64,000 bases of DNA from an uncultured virus (IMG/VR IMGVR_UViG_3300006417_000225). Its lineage: Duplodnaviria > Heunggongvirae > Uroviricota > Caudoviricetes. Of this stretch, positions 39,170 through 48,987 are shown piece by piece. The notes beneath the pieces were generated by a model. That model did not search any database. It was not told the origin of the DNA and saw only the letters and a program-made list of their open reading frames with translations. Each line of letters opens with the position of its first letter. The stretch's first letter is position 1. Location of the stretch: IMG/VR virus record IMGVR_UViG_3300006417_000225; one strand, 5' to 3'. The translations under genes were made by a program, and so were the position numbers.

Positions 39170-42100
39170 TTATTCCTCTGGCTTATTAAAAACAGTGAAT
39201 GAACCTCTTGATAATAATTCTATATCATCCTTATTATCAAGTATTAATTGAGTAACTAAATATTTATCCTCAAGATAAGGATGTTTGTATTCATTTCCTA
39301 TATTTTCTTTAATAGGAGTAGCTTTGTATGTAAAATCTTTAGATATAAGTGGCATATTTGGATCTATTGCATAATCCTTAATATCAGAGAATTTCCAATT
39401 TTTAGATTGTCTTGATATAGTTATCTTATCTCTATCTTGTTTTAAACTACTTAAAACATTTTCTCCAACAGTATTCATTGATAAATTTACAATACCTGTT
39501 GTTTGATTACTGTTATAAAATAGTGCTTTATTAAAAGTTATATTTAAATCTCTTACAAGTAAGTTTGGATCTTTAATATAATTAATAGCCTCTGTTTCAA
39601 GTATTGTATGATGATGTGTCAATCCAAAAAATCCATCTTCTAATCTTGAAGAATACTCTATTATATGTGGGTAATATTTATTAAAATATGTTTGATATTT
39701 TTTCCCTGTATTAAATTTCCATAGTTTACCTTCATGTTCTGTATAAATATCAAATCTATTATACATATAAAGATGAGGTGTATAAGAGTGAAAAGAAACC
39801 CATGTTTTTTCAGCAGGGTCATAAGATAATGTCCATGATACATCTTTACCATCCTCATAATCTTTTTTAGTTATAAGTATTCTTTCAAATTTATAATCAT
39901 ACCCAATAGCATATCCTATACCTTTATCATACTTCTGATCTACAATATATTTTTCTTGGTCTCCTTTTAATTTAAGGTTATTTTTCATAAACTGTCTAAC
40001 ACCAATATTTGATATTTCTTCTAATTTACCTCCATTAAAAGAATATATTCTGCCAGCTTCTTCATCTATAAATATATAGCCATAAGGAGTATTTATAGCA
40101 CCATTTGGATATCTTACACCACCATAACCTTCAGGTACTCCATCTATCATTGGAATTGCAGCATTAATATAATCACCTCTTCCAATTTCTATTTGTTCAT
40201 TGTTTAATTCTAACTGTGAATATCCTACTCTAAGATCAAGTATCATATCTGTACAAGCTGCATACATTTGATTCCCTTGTACAATTAAATCAGTTATTTT
40301 GCCATATTTATTTGTTATCTGAAGAACATTGTTAACTTTAAAATTTCTCCATGAATTTGTTGGAGAATCAATTATTTGAGGATTTGAATAAATTATTTTA
40401 TTTGTTGGTTCTGCAACACAATCACAAACATTATAATTTGAAGGTGGAGAAAAACCTAAAGATAAATCATTCTGCATACTATACTTCCAATAGTATTCTG
40501 AATAATTATCTTTAAAATCTTTTTTAAAGCTATCACCTGGGCCCCCTTGTGTATCATCATAACATTGCCTTAGCCCAAGCCATTGAAGTAGGTATGGAGA
40601 TGCAAATGTTTTTATTACTATAAATAATACTATTATCATTAGAATAACAAGTAACAATATTACTATTTGTATTACTAAGGATAATAGTGCTCCACCTAAA
40701 CCACCACCAGCTTTGAGATAAGAACCTAATTGTAATAGGATATAAAGTGGTAATAGAACTTTAGCGGCAAATATTATAAATGTAATTGCATTTTTTTGCC
40801 CTTGTGAAAGCTCTGGAAATTCAATATAAAAAAATCTATTAAAATATTTATCTTTCCAATTTTTTTCTCCTGAAAAAGAAGAATCTAACTTAAAATCTTT
40901 TGTATTAAAATAGTTTATTTCTTTATTTAATTCTTCACCTGTTTGTCTTAATGGTACAGCTACTTCACTCTCTACCCAATAAATTATCTCTGTTTTTTGT
41001 ATACCTGGATAATAAGCTTTTTTACTGTTACCTGTTGTTGGATCAACCTTATTAGGATTACCTTGAAATTTTGATGTGCCATCCCAAAAGCCACCACCTT
41101 TTGATGCTGGTTCTCCATCAGGGTCATTATCAAATCCCCTTAATGATGCTCCATTTCTAGGATCAACTTCTATTTTTAATCCACTATAGGGTGTGTTACC
41201 GCAATTACATAATGTCCAGATAACATCAGCTCCTACCATGTTTCTGAAGAATTTTTTTAATCCACTTGCACCTTGTTGTGCCTTACCACCATTTTTCCCA
41301 GAACCTTTTTCAGGAGCATTTTCAGCATTTTGTACAAATGTATCGTACTCTAATTTATCATTCATCAATACTCTATCACCAACTAAATTTGAAATATTTG
41401 TTGATTTAGTAAAAGAGTATGGACTTACATAAACATCTCCACACCATCCATGTACTGTACTATTTGATAAATCAGTCATATTACCAAATATTCCAGTAGA
41501 AATAAAAGGAGCTTTTTCTAATCTTCCATATTGTCTTGGACTCTTTATATATATACCACCATAATGAGCTGCTGCATTATATATAGGTTGTGAAAAATAT
41601 TTTGTATCTCCAAGAAATGAAGCATCAGCAGTTTGATCTGCTGTTACATTGCCTGAACCATTATATTGACCATCAATGAATGGATCAATACTATGTTTGA
41701 GCTTCATTTTTTTATTAAGCTCAATAAAAACACAAGATTCACTATCTTTATTTGTAAATGTTCTTGTAAAATTAGGGCCTTTAGGAAGTATACTATCTGC
41801 TTCCACATATGAAGCATCTTTTACACAAAAATCAACTTCCAGAGGCTTGTCATATTTATTTAAATGTATAGAACTTCTTGTACCTTTTTGACCTATCTTA
41901 GGTACACTATTACCAAAGCTTCCTGAAAATATACTTTTAATACCTGATTTAAGTGTTATATCAGTAGTACCTGGTTCAGAACCTTCAGCATATAAACCAT
42001 GTCTCCATCCTTTTCCATATATTTCAAGATCTAATTTAACTCTATATCCTCCTATAAATGGTTTATTAAAAGAAGTAGTTGGTGAGTGAAAAGTATAACC

Positions 42101-44788
42101 AGCTACATCTGATATATATCCTGCATGATTTTTATTATCTGAAGCATATATATTTCTATTAAATAATTCAAGACTATTTACACCATTTCTTTGAAACAAT
42201 GTTTTATCGCCATATACTTCACCTTCAAATGTTCCCATAAACATTCCTTTTGCAAGTATTGACTTATTACCATCATCTCTTTTTATATAAGTTATCTCAA
42301 AAGGCCTAACAGGATCAAGTGGTTTTGGTGTATTTTTTGGCGGTGTTATATTTGAAAATCTAAAACCAATTACTTGAACATATCCTCTATCAAGTACATC
42401 ATTTCCAGGTTCTATTATATTTGGTACTCCTGTTTGATAAGAAATAAAATGAGGTATTAAACTCCTTGATGGAGCTCTAAATCCAGTAATAGGCTTACCA
42501 GCAAATTCTCCATATATATAATCTCCATTACAATCTTTTGTTATGGGATATGTTTCTTTTGATTCCCAATAACCAAATTTACCCCAAGCAACAGGTTTTG
42601 GTATACAATCAATTATTGTACAACCATCTTCATCATATACAGGAGTACATCTTGTATTTGAATCATGATCATTGTTTAAAACTGTACCTCCACCTGGATC
42701 ATCAGGTACATCTGGACCCTTTGGATCCTTAATACAATATTTTGGAAAGGGTTTTATTTGAACACATACTCTATCTTCTCCTTCTACCTCTCCCTCAACA
42801 CAAGCACAGTAATCTCTATGAGAAGAACTTATTCCATGACAATATACGCCATGCCCAATTGTACAATCTGTTGAATGTGAACAATCAAAATTTTTAAAAA
42901 TTGGATCTAATACACATATACATCCCTCACCACATGTATTCCCAAAATCATCACAAGCAGTTTTCTCTTCACATGAAGATCTTGTAGATAATTGAGCATC
43001 TATACCATTAGCCCCAGAAGTATCACAAGGACATCCTGGGCAATTACATGGTGAACCAGAACTTCTTGTTTTTATACCATTATATTCATTACCTTGACAA
43101 TCAGCACAACATGTTTCACAATCATTATCTTCATTGTCATCATCTTCATTATTATTACTTCCAGTATATTCTTGACCTATACTACCAGTATCTCCTTTAT
43201 CATTTCCATCAGTTGGTTTTACTACTATAAAAGGACATGGCAATCCCAAAACGTTAAAACATAGCCCATTAATACATTTACATCCTGGAGAACATTTTAT
43301 ATACTCACATAAAAAATCCTCTGGTTTTGTTGCTTTTAAAAACGGTTCATCGCAACAACTTGAATCAGTTGAAATAATATCATCTTCATCTTTTAATGTT
43401 TTTTCTAAATTCTTTACTACTTCATCTTGTGTATCTTTAGCTTCTTTTTTTGCATCTTTAGCATAATCCTCAACAGTTTTATAAAAATCAACTTTAGGTC
43501 TATAATCTTTATAAATTTTTTCAGAATCTTTAGATTCTTGATAAGGGTCTCCATAACCCTTAGCAGTACCTAAGATTGAAGATGTATTATTTACTTCCCA
43601 TTCAGGAACAATACAATCAGAACAAGGATCTTTTATTTGACCATCTGATTTATTATGATTTATAATAGGAAAATCAGGAGAAAAAGTACCATCAATATAA
43701 TTCCACCTTATTGCAGGTATATAAACTTCATCCCCAAGAAGTGAAGGATATTTATGACATTCAGCTACTGGTATTCTATAAGCCGTCCATTCAGTTTGGA
43801 TTTCATTAGCTTGTTTCTGATAATTTAAATTCCAATGGTTATCAACATCAAATAAAATAAGTCTATTATCTTTTTGTGTCAATCCTTTACCACTAATCCA
43901 ATAATCATTTTTAGTTGTTATTTCAGATATTGGAATATCCTCTAACTCATCTCCTTGACCCCTGTATTCAAAATATAATTTATTTGTATTATATGGATGT
44001 TTATCAGCAATTAAATGAGCTGTTGTAGCATCTTTAATTACTTTAATTATTGCTACATCTACATGTGTATATCTTTTTGATAAACCAGAAACATGATAAG
44101 CTATGTATTGAGGAGATAATTCACCTGATTTATTATCACCTCCATATATTTTTACAGGTTTCCATATGTTAAACCAATTTGTATGATTTGAATCTTCATC
44201 AGTGTATCTTAAAACTACCTGATATGTACCATTTAAAACACCATATCCACCATTTTTAATCACATGACTTTCTACTATAGGTGTTCCATCAGCTTTAAAT
44301 ACCCTTAAATCATCACAAGTAAGTTTTTCACCTGGTCTATGTGGTGAATCAATATTTAAAAATCTATATATTCTATTATTTGACCAATATAATTCTATCT
44401 CATTGCAAGGTTGTATTCTTTTAGCTTCAATTGAACCTATCCATTCTGTAAAGCCAAACATTAACTTACAATCTATATCCTTGTCATTAAGATATGTTTT
44501 ATAAGAACAATCATTTAATTTTACTCCACCTATTTCAGAATTAGTACCATTAAATAAAAATACAATAAATTCATCCCTTTCACTTATATGAATATATCCT
44601 CTTAATTTATACCCATCTGGTAATGTTGCACATAACTCTGTACCTCTTTCATTTACATAACCAAATCTATTCTTAGAAGAAGTTTGTCTAACTGAATTTA
44701 ATGAATATGTAAGTTTAGTTGGATCCACATCAGCCTCATGACTGTCTAACCACAGTCCAGTGAATTTATTTTGAGAAGGTTGATTCAA
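39170..44788 (-). CDS. Tail stabilisation/muzzle protein (crAss-like), 1872 aa, TTG start
   Basis: The N-terminal FTGLWLD..NERGTE and C-terminal WTLSYDP..KTWVSFHSYTP beta-propeller-like motifs, the size, and the position between ring and cargo genes all fit this call. Confidence 0.75.
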   Translation of the reverse strand: MNQPSQNKFTGLWLDSHEADVDPTKLTYSLNSVRQTSSKNRFGYVNERGTELCATLPDGYKLRGYIHISERDEFIVFLFNGTNSEIGGVKLNDCSYKTYLNDKDIDCKLMFGFTEWIGSIEAKRIQPCNEIELYWSNNRIYRFLNIDSPHRPGEKLTCDDLRVFKADGTPIVESHVIKNGGYGVLNGTYQVVLRYTDEDSNHTNWFNIWKPVKIYGGDNKSGELSPQYIAYHVSGLSKRYTHVDVAIIKVIKDATTAHLIADKHPYNTNKLYFEYRGQGDELEDIPISEITTKNDYWISGKGLTQKDNRLILFDVDNHWNLNYQKQANEIQTEWTAYRIPVAECHKYPSLLGDEVYIPAIRWNYIDGTFSPDFPIINHNKSDGQIKDPCSDCIVPEWEVNNTSSILGTAKGYGDPYQESKDSEKIYKDYRPKVDFYKTVEDYAKDAKKEAKDTQDEVVKNLEKTLKDEDDIISTDSSCCDEPFLKATKPEDFLCEYIKCSPGCKCINGLCFNVLGLPCPFIVVKPTDGNDKGDTGSIGQEYTGSNNNEDDDNEDNDCETCCADCQGNEYNGIKTRSSGSPCNCPGCPCDTSGANGIDAQLSTRSSCEEKTACDDFGNTCGEGCICVLDPIFKNFDCSHSTDCTIGHGVYCHGISSSHRDYCACVEGEVEGEDRVCVQIKPFPKYCIKDPKGPDVPDDPGGGTVLNNDHDSNTRCTPVYDEDGCTIIDCIPKPVAWGKFGYWESKETYPITKDCNGDYIYGEFAGKPITGFRAPSRSLIPHFISYQTGVPNIIEPGNDVLDRGYVQVIGFRFSNITPPKNTPKPLDPVRPFEITYIKRDDGNKSILAKGMFMGTFEGEVYGDKTLFQRNGVNSLELFNRNIYASDNKNHAGYISDVAGYTFHSPTTSFNKPFIGGYRVKLDLEIYGKGWRHGLYAEGSEPGTTDITLKSGIKSIFSGSFGNSVPKIGQKGTRSSIHLNKYDKPLEVDFCVKDASYVEADSILPKGPNFTRTFTNKDSESCVFIELNKKMKLKHSIDPFIDGQYNGSGNVTADQTADASFLGDTKYFSQPIYNAAAHYGGIYIKSPRQYGRLEKAPFISTGIFGNMTDLSNSTVHGWCGDVYVSPYSFTKSTNISNLVGDRVLMNDKLEYDTFVQNAENAPEKGSGKNGGKAQQGASGLKKFFRNMVGADVIWTLCNCGNTPYSGLKIEVDPRNGASLRGFDNDPDGEPASKGGGFWDGTSKFQGNPNKVDPTTGNSKKAYYPGIQKTEIIYWVESEVAVPLRQTGEELNKEINYFNTKDFKLDSSFSGEKNWKDKYFNRFFYIEFPELSQGQKNAITFIIFAAKVLLPLYILLQLGSYLKAGGGLGGALLSLVIQIVILLLVILMIIVLFIVIKTFASPYLLQWLGLRQCYDDTQGGPGDSFKKDFKDNYSEYYWKYSMQNDLSLGFSPPSNYNVCDCVAEPTNKIIYSNPQIIDSPTNSWRNFKVNNVLQITNKYGKITDLIVQGNQMYAACTDMILDLRVGYSQLELNNEQIEIGRGDYINAAIPMIDGVPEGYGGVRYPNGAINTPYGYIFIDEEAGRIYSFNGGKLEEISNIGVRQFMKNNLKLKGDQEKYIVDQKYDKGIGYAIGYDYKFERILITKKDYEDGKDVSWTLSYDPAEKTWVSFHSYTPHLYMYNRFDIYTEHEGKLWKFNTGKKYQTYFNKYYPHIIEYSSRLEDGFFGLTHHHTILETEAINYIKDPNLLVRDLNITFNKALFYNSNQTTGIVNLSMNTVGENVLSSLKQDRDKITISRQSKNWKFSDIKDYAIDPNMPLISKDFTYKATPIKENIGNEYKHPYLEDKYLVTQLILDNKDDIELLSRGSFTVFNKPEE

Positions 44789-45426
44789 ATTCTAAATAAA
44801 TTATATTGTATGCTTATCCCTATAAAATAACTTGGTTTAAAATCCGTAGATAGACCATATCCAATTGCTGGACCTATTGATATATTATATTTACTTGATT
44901 TTTTAAAATAACTTGTAACAGTTTTTACTTTTGTAGATGGATTATAACTTATAACATCTACTTTAATATTGTTTTTTAAAAAACCTGTTTGCTTTATGTT
45001 TACTATAAATTCATTTTTTAGTTTTAAATTTATTTTAAAAGAATCATTCATTTTTGAAATATAAATATCAGTCCATAGATTCTTAACAAATACAGTATCC
45101 TTATTCGGAATAGGTACATTTATATTATTCTCTGTTGAAACAGAAGTTGCTGATAATGTTTTATTATCTACTTCTTTCTGTAATTTTTTTTCCTCTGGTG
45201 TTTTAAAAGGAATCTTTTTAAATGTATTATTATTTGTCTCATATACTGAGACTGTTGAGACAGTAGTACCATCTTTTCTTGTTATTGTTTTTAAACTATC
45301 AGAATAAGTATTTACAATATTTTCAAGCTCTATTGCTTTATTGCATTGTTTTCCAATTATTGATATAGACAATATTAGCAAAAGAACATATATTATATCT
45401 CTATATTTGATAAGGATTATACTCAT
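44785..45426 (-). CDS. Membrane-anchored protein, possibly spanin-like (213 aa)
   Basis: N-terminal hydrophobic helix (IIYVLLLILSISII) and a C-terminal amphipathic beta-hairpin (ISIGPAIGYG..PSYFIGISIQYNLF). Confidence 0.5.
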   Translation of the reverse strand: MSIILIKYRDIIYVLLLILSISIIGKQCNKAIELENIVNTYSDSLKTITRKDGTTVSTVSVYETNNNTFKKIPFKTPEEKKLQKEVDNKTLSATSVSTENNINVPIPNKDTVFVKNLWTDIYISKMNDSFKINLKLKNEFIVNIKQTGFLKNNIKVDVISYNPSTKVKTVTSYFKKSSKYNISIGPAIGYGLSTDFKPSYFIGISIQYNLFRI

Positions 45427-46369
45427 CTCTTTTATGTCTATTTAAATTATATTTTGCACTATGATTTGGAGTTACTTTTGTCCATATATTTTGAATAAAA
45501 GCTTCAAATTCAGCTTCACTTGGAATAGATAAGTATGATAATGCTTTACTTATTGCAGCTTCTCTTAATTGAAGTTGATCAGACCAAAACATTCTATCAT
45601 TTTGAGATTTACTTTTTGAATAATCTGAAAATGCTTTTCTTTCCATTATATAAGCTATTGTAGCTTCATAGGCATAAGGATGATCAGGTATTAATCTGTA
45701 ACCATCTTCATCTAAATGTACTGATTTATAAGCAAGAAGTATTTCCCCTTCTTTAAATGATGTTATTATTTTACCATTTTGTATTCTATATTCATCTCTA
45801 TTTGAAAGATTTGGATATCTGCAATCATCATTTGTATCTAAACTTATTGTATGAAAATTATTTGTTGATAAAGGTAAAATACCAAGTGATGGTCTTTTTG
45901 GATGCTTACCTGTATTCCCCATTGAAAATTCTTTGACATAAGCTTTTGTATTATAATGATCTCTACTTTGATTCATCTGCCAAAGATGATCAGGTATAAT
46001 TGTAATTGGAGCCATACCACATGTACATGAAGTATTTGAACTACATTTAGGGCATTCTTTTTTTATTATGTAATTACAATCAGTACCAAACATTTTTTGT
46101 GTCCATTCAATAGCTTCAATTCTTGTTGAAGGTATTTTACAATCTTTTCTATATAAAAGTTGAATTTCACCTTTAAATCCATCAGGTAAAGGTGCTTGAT
46201 AATTTTTAACTGTAAGGGGTATTACTCTTATATCATATAATTGAGCATTAGAATAATGTTCAATAGAATCATTAGCCCAAGATAAATAAGTTGTCTTAGT
46301 TAATTCGTCATCAGAACTATATATTTTTAAAAATTCTGTAAGGGCTGATTTTAAGTTTTGATATGTCAT
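45401..46369 (-). CDS. Tail tubular/ring protein (crAss-like), 322 aa
   Basis: YRIQNGKIITSFKEGEILLAY..DEDGYRLIPD..EATIAYI pattern; lies upstream of the tail-stabilisation gene. Confidence 0.65.
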   Translation of the reverse strand: MTYQNLKSALTEFLKIYSSDDELTKTTYLSWANDSIEHYSNAQLYDIRVIPLTVKNYQAPLPDGFKGEIQLLYRKDCKIPSTRIEAIEWTQKMFGTDCNYIIKKECPKCSSNTSCTCGMAPITIIPDHLWQMNQSRDHYNTKAYVKEFSMGNTGKHPKRPSLGILPLSTNNFHTISLDTNDDCRYPNLSNRDEYRIQNGKIITSFKEGEILLAYKSVHLDEDGYRLIPDHPYAYEATIAYIMERKAFSDYSKSKSQNDRMFWSDQLQLREAAISKALSYLSIPSEAEFEAFIQNIWTKVTPNHSAKYNLNRHKRDEYNPYQI

Positions 46370-46794
46370 TCTTCTAATGTAGTATATTTAATACTTTTTT
46401 CGTCACATTCTCTTATCCATTGAGCTAATCCTCTTTTACCTAGTTCTCTTTTAACATCATCTTTTACAGCAGAAAATTTATAATATCTTTTACTAATAAG
46501 ATTTGTTAAGCTTTTAGCCCATTTAAATCTATAAACGTAACCATGTGTATGCAAGTTCCTAAATGGAGTTAATACTTTATGCTTTGAATAAGCGTTTAGA
46601 TCAATAGAAGTTGTTTTCTGCTTTTTTTTTACAATATATATAGCACCAAGTCCATAGGGTAAATAACAAAAATAGGCTTCTCTCACTATTGCTATAGAAA
46701 GAAGCCTTAAAAAATGAACAGCGATTTCTCTATATCTTTTCTTTGAAACTTTTTTATAGTCCTTAGCAAAATCAGCTATTGTTAAAGTTTTCAG
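46366..46794 (-). CDS. IHF/HU-like basic protein of the crAss tail module, about 142 aa, probable CTG start
   Basis: The frame is open 36 codons upstream of the listed GTG (46686), to a CTG overlapping the previous stop (CTGA). Motifs LPYGLGAIYIVKKK and NLHTHGYVYRFKW. Confidence 0.6.
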   Translation of the reverse strand: MKTLTIADFAKDYKKVSKKRYREIAVHFLRLLSIAIVREAYFCYLPYGLGAIYIVKKKQKTTSIDLNAYSKHKVLTPFRNLHTHGYVYRFKWAKSLTNLISKRYYKFSAVKDDVKRELGKRGLAQWIRECDEKSIKYTTLEE

Positions 46795-47489
46795 GGTGCC
46801 TTAGCTATATCAGGTTCTTGATTATTATAAATTTCAGGTGTTGTTGTTTGTTTTACTTTCAAAAGCATATCAAACATCATGGCATAAATAAGCTGTAAAG
46901 ATTCCATATCAACAATAAATAATTCATCCATTGGATTACATATATTTACTTCATTGCCACAATTTGGATATCCTATGACTTCAAGAGGATTTTCAGCTAT
47001 TAAAGTAGCTGATACTATTTCTTTATCATTATCAGAATATATATAAAGATGAGATTCTTTTCCAAAGGATTTTATTGTATAATATGGTTTAGTTCTTTCA
47101 ACTTTATTTTTTGAATTAATCATATCATCAAAATTTTCCCATCTGATATAATCATAAGTTTTATTACCTAAAATTGAAGTCACTGAAATATAATTGTTTG
47201 TTGCTGATCTTGGTACTGGGTATTTTGATTTTAAAAATATACACCCTGAAGCAGGAATACACGGACATTCATTCATATCTACTTTTTCAAGTGATATACA
47301 TGGAATTGTCTGAATATTATGCCTTGAATGTGGTTGTTTTTTTGATTTTCTATCAGATAGTACCCTTGCTCTGAATTGTAATAAATAACTATAAATTAAT
47401 CTATAAGACCATTGATTATCTTGAGATATTTTACCTTGTCTCTCAGACACCATTTCTAAAAATCCGTTTACAGCTTCTTTAATAGTCAT
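46791..47489 (-). CDS. Virion ring/structural protein (crAss-like), 232 aa
   Basis: QTIPCISLEKVD..EC..GC.FLKS..PVP pattern and synteny with the IHF-like and tail tubular genes. Confidence 0.6.
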   Translation of the reverse strand: MTIKEAVNGFLEMVSERQGKISQDNQWSYRLIYSYLLQFRARVLSDRKSKKQPHSRHNIQTIPCISLEKVDMNECPCIPASGCIFLKSKYPVPRSATNNYISVTSILGNKTYDYIRWENFDDMINSKNKVERTKPYYTIKSFGKESHLYIYSDNDKEIVSATLIAENPLEVIGYPNCGNEVNICNPMDELFIVDMESLQLIYAMMFDMLLKVKQTTTPEIYNNQEPDIAKAP

Positions 47490-47731
47490 CTTATATCAAT
47501 TAAAACATTATTTTTATCCCTTATAAATATAATTTCATATTTTCGCAATATATCATTATATACATAATTTATATAAGTACTAATATGGATACCATTTTGT
47601 GATAATGCTGTTGACATAAAGTTTAAAAATGTATTAAAAGTATTTATATCATTTTTTAATGAATATTCATTTGCAAGAATATTCATTACATTATTAGTCT
47701 TTATGTTATCTATAAGATATTGCCTATTCAT
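47486..47731 (-). CDS. Hypothetical protein (81 aa)
   Basis: ORF overlapping both neighbours; ATGA coupling with the downstream gene. Confidence 0.65.
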   Translation of the reverse strand: MNRQYLIDNIKTNNVMNILANEYSLKNDINTFNTFLNFMSTALSQNGIHISTYINYVYNDILRKYEIIFIRDKNNVLIDIR

Positions 47732-48941
47732 TAAACCAAATTTCTCTTTTTATAATATCTCTATTATTAGCATCTACAATTTCATAAGAAACACCAGCTC
47801 TTGTTGGACCAAAATTTGTATGTATCCATTCATTACCACCAAAAAAAGAAGGTAAATTTTTATACCTTATTTTATAAGTATTTTGTTCACTTAAATTATG
47901 TAAATCTCCTTTGATTACACTTATATAAGGAGAATTTATATTTTTAGAATCTAAGTACCTCTGAATTAAAATTTCTGTTTTATAATCAAGAATAAGAGGT
48001 AAACCCTGTTTCAAATATTTTTCATCTTTTCCATGAGTAGTTATAAAAACATGTTTACCAAAGGACATATACATAAAAAATTTCTCGCATACAAAAGTAT
48101 TAATTTGAGGATATTTTTGATTTAAGTATATTTCTACAGCTTTTTGAGCCATATAAGCCATTGGTCCATCATGATTACTATTATTCATAGAAAAATATGA
48201 TATACTCTTACATTTACCTGATAGTATACAATTATTGTATATACAATCAAATAAATATTTCATTGCATAAACATAGGTATCAAATTGTTCTCTTGAATTT
48301 AAATTTTGTTCAAGATCATGCCCACCTCTTGTTGTCTTACCATTATATCCATCAAGGGTATCTCCTAAATCCGATATAACAATTCTCCCTACATTATGAA
48401 AGTTAACTTCAGAAATAATTCTTTCAATTAACTTATTTATTCTGTACATTATAACATCTTTGTTATAAGTATTATCTGAAATAAAATTCCCGCCAATTGC
48501 ACCTATATGCATATCAGATATAGGCATAAATAACATTTTATCACAATCACCACTATTTGTTTCTAGTGAAGATGTTACAGGTGTAATTTCATTTGCAATT
48601 TTTCTAAAAGATTCTAAAAGTTCTTCTCTTGAATTTTTTTCAAGTTCATTTTCATCTACTTTATAAGAATGTAATGTAGTAATTTCTCCGCCTTTTCTTT
48701 GTATCTGCCATGCAGATTTTAATTGCATACCCTTATATGGGCCATCTGGTTGATCCTTTAAGCCTTCTCTTTTCCATAAATTCCTTATTGTATCAGAAAG
48801 TGAGTCTTTATATTCTTTAGTATCTTTAGCATACCTGGAATTTATTTCTATCCCAAATTTTTTTGCTAATTCAAACCATGTCTCATCTTCTTTTTTACCA
48901 CTATTTTTTCTTAAATGTTCTAATAAAAGCTCTTTACTCAT
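47724..48941 (-). CDS. Calcineurin-like metallophosphoesterase with an N-terminal helical (possibly HTH) region, 405 aa
   Basis: Motifs SDMHIG, DLGDTLDG, SNHD, THG and GDLH. Confidence 0.85.
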   Translation of the reverse strand: MSKELLLEHLRKNSGKKEDETWFELAKKFGIEINSRYAKDTKEYKDSLSDTIRNLWKREGLKDQPDGPYKGMQLKSAWQIQRKGGEITTLHSYKVDENELEKNSREELLESFRKIANEITPVTSSLETNSGDCDKMLFMPISDMHIGAIGGNFISDNTYNKDVIMYRINKLIERIISEVNFHNVGRIVISDLGDTLDGYNGKTTRGGHDLEQNLNSREQFDTYVYAMKYLFDCIYNNCILSGKCKSISYFSMNNSNHDGPMAYMAQKAVEIYLNQKYPQINTFVCEKFFMYMSFGKHVFITTHGKDEKYLKQGLPLILDYKTEILIQRYLDSKNINSPYISVIKGDLHNLSEQNTYKIRYKNLPSFFGGNEWIHTNFGPTRAGVSYEIVDANNRDIIKREIWFNE

Positions 48942-48953
48942 AACAATTTTTTA

Positions 48954-48982
48954 TGTAAAGATATGATTTTTTTTCATATCTT
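48954..48982 (-). promoter_or_regulatory. Putative Bacteroidota-type -7 promoter element overlapping a 9-bp inverted repeat
   Basis: Minus-strand TATCTTTACA (one mismatch to TAnnTTTG) lies 12 nt before the ATG at 48941. AAGATATGA (48958-48966) pairs with TCATATCTT (48974-48982). Confidence 0.4.
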
Positions 48983-48987
48983 AAGAT

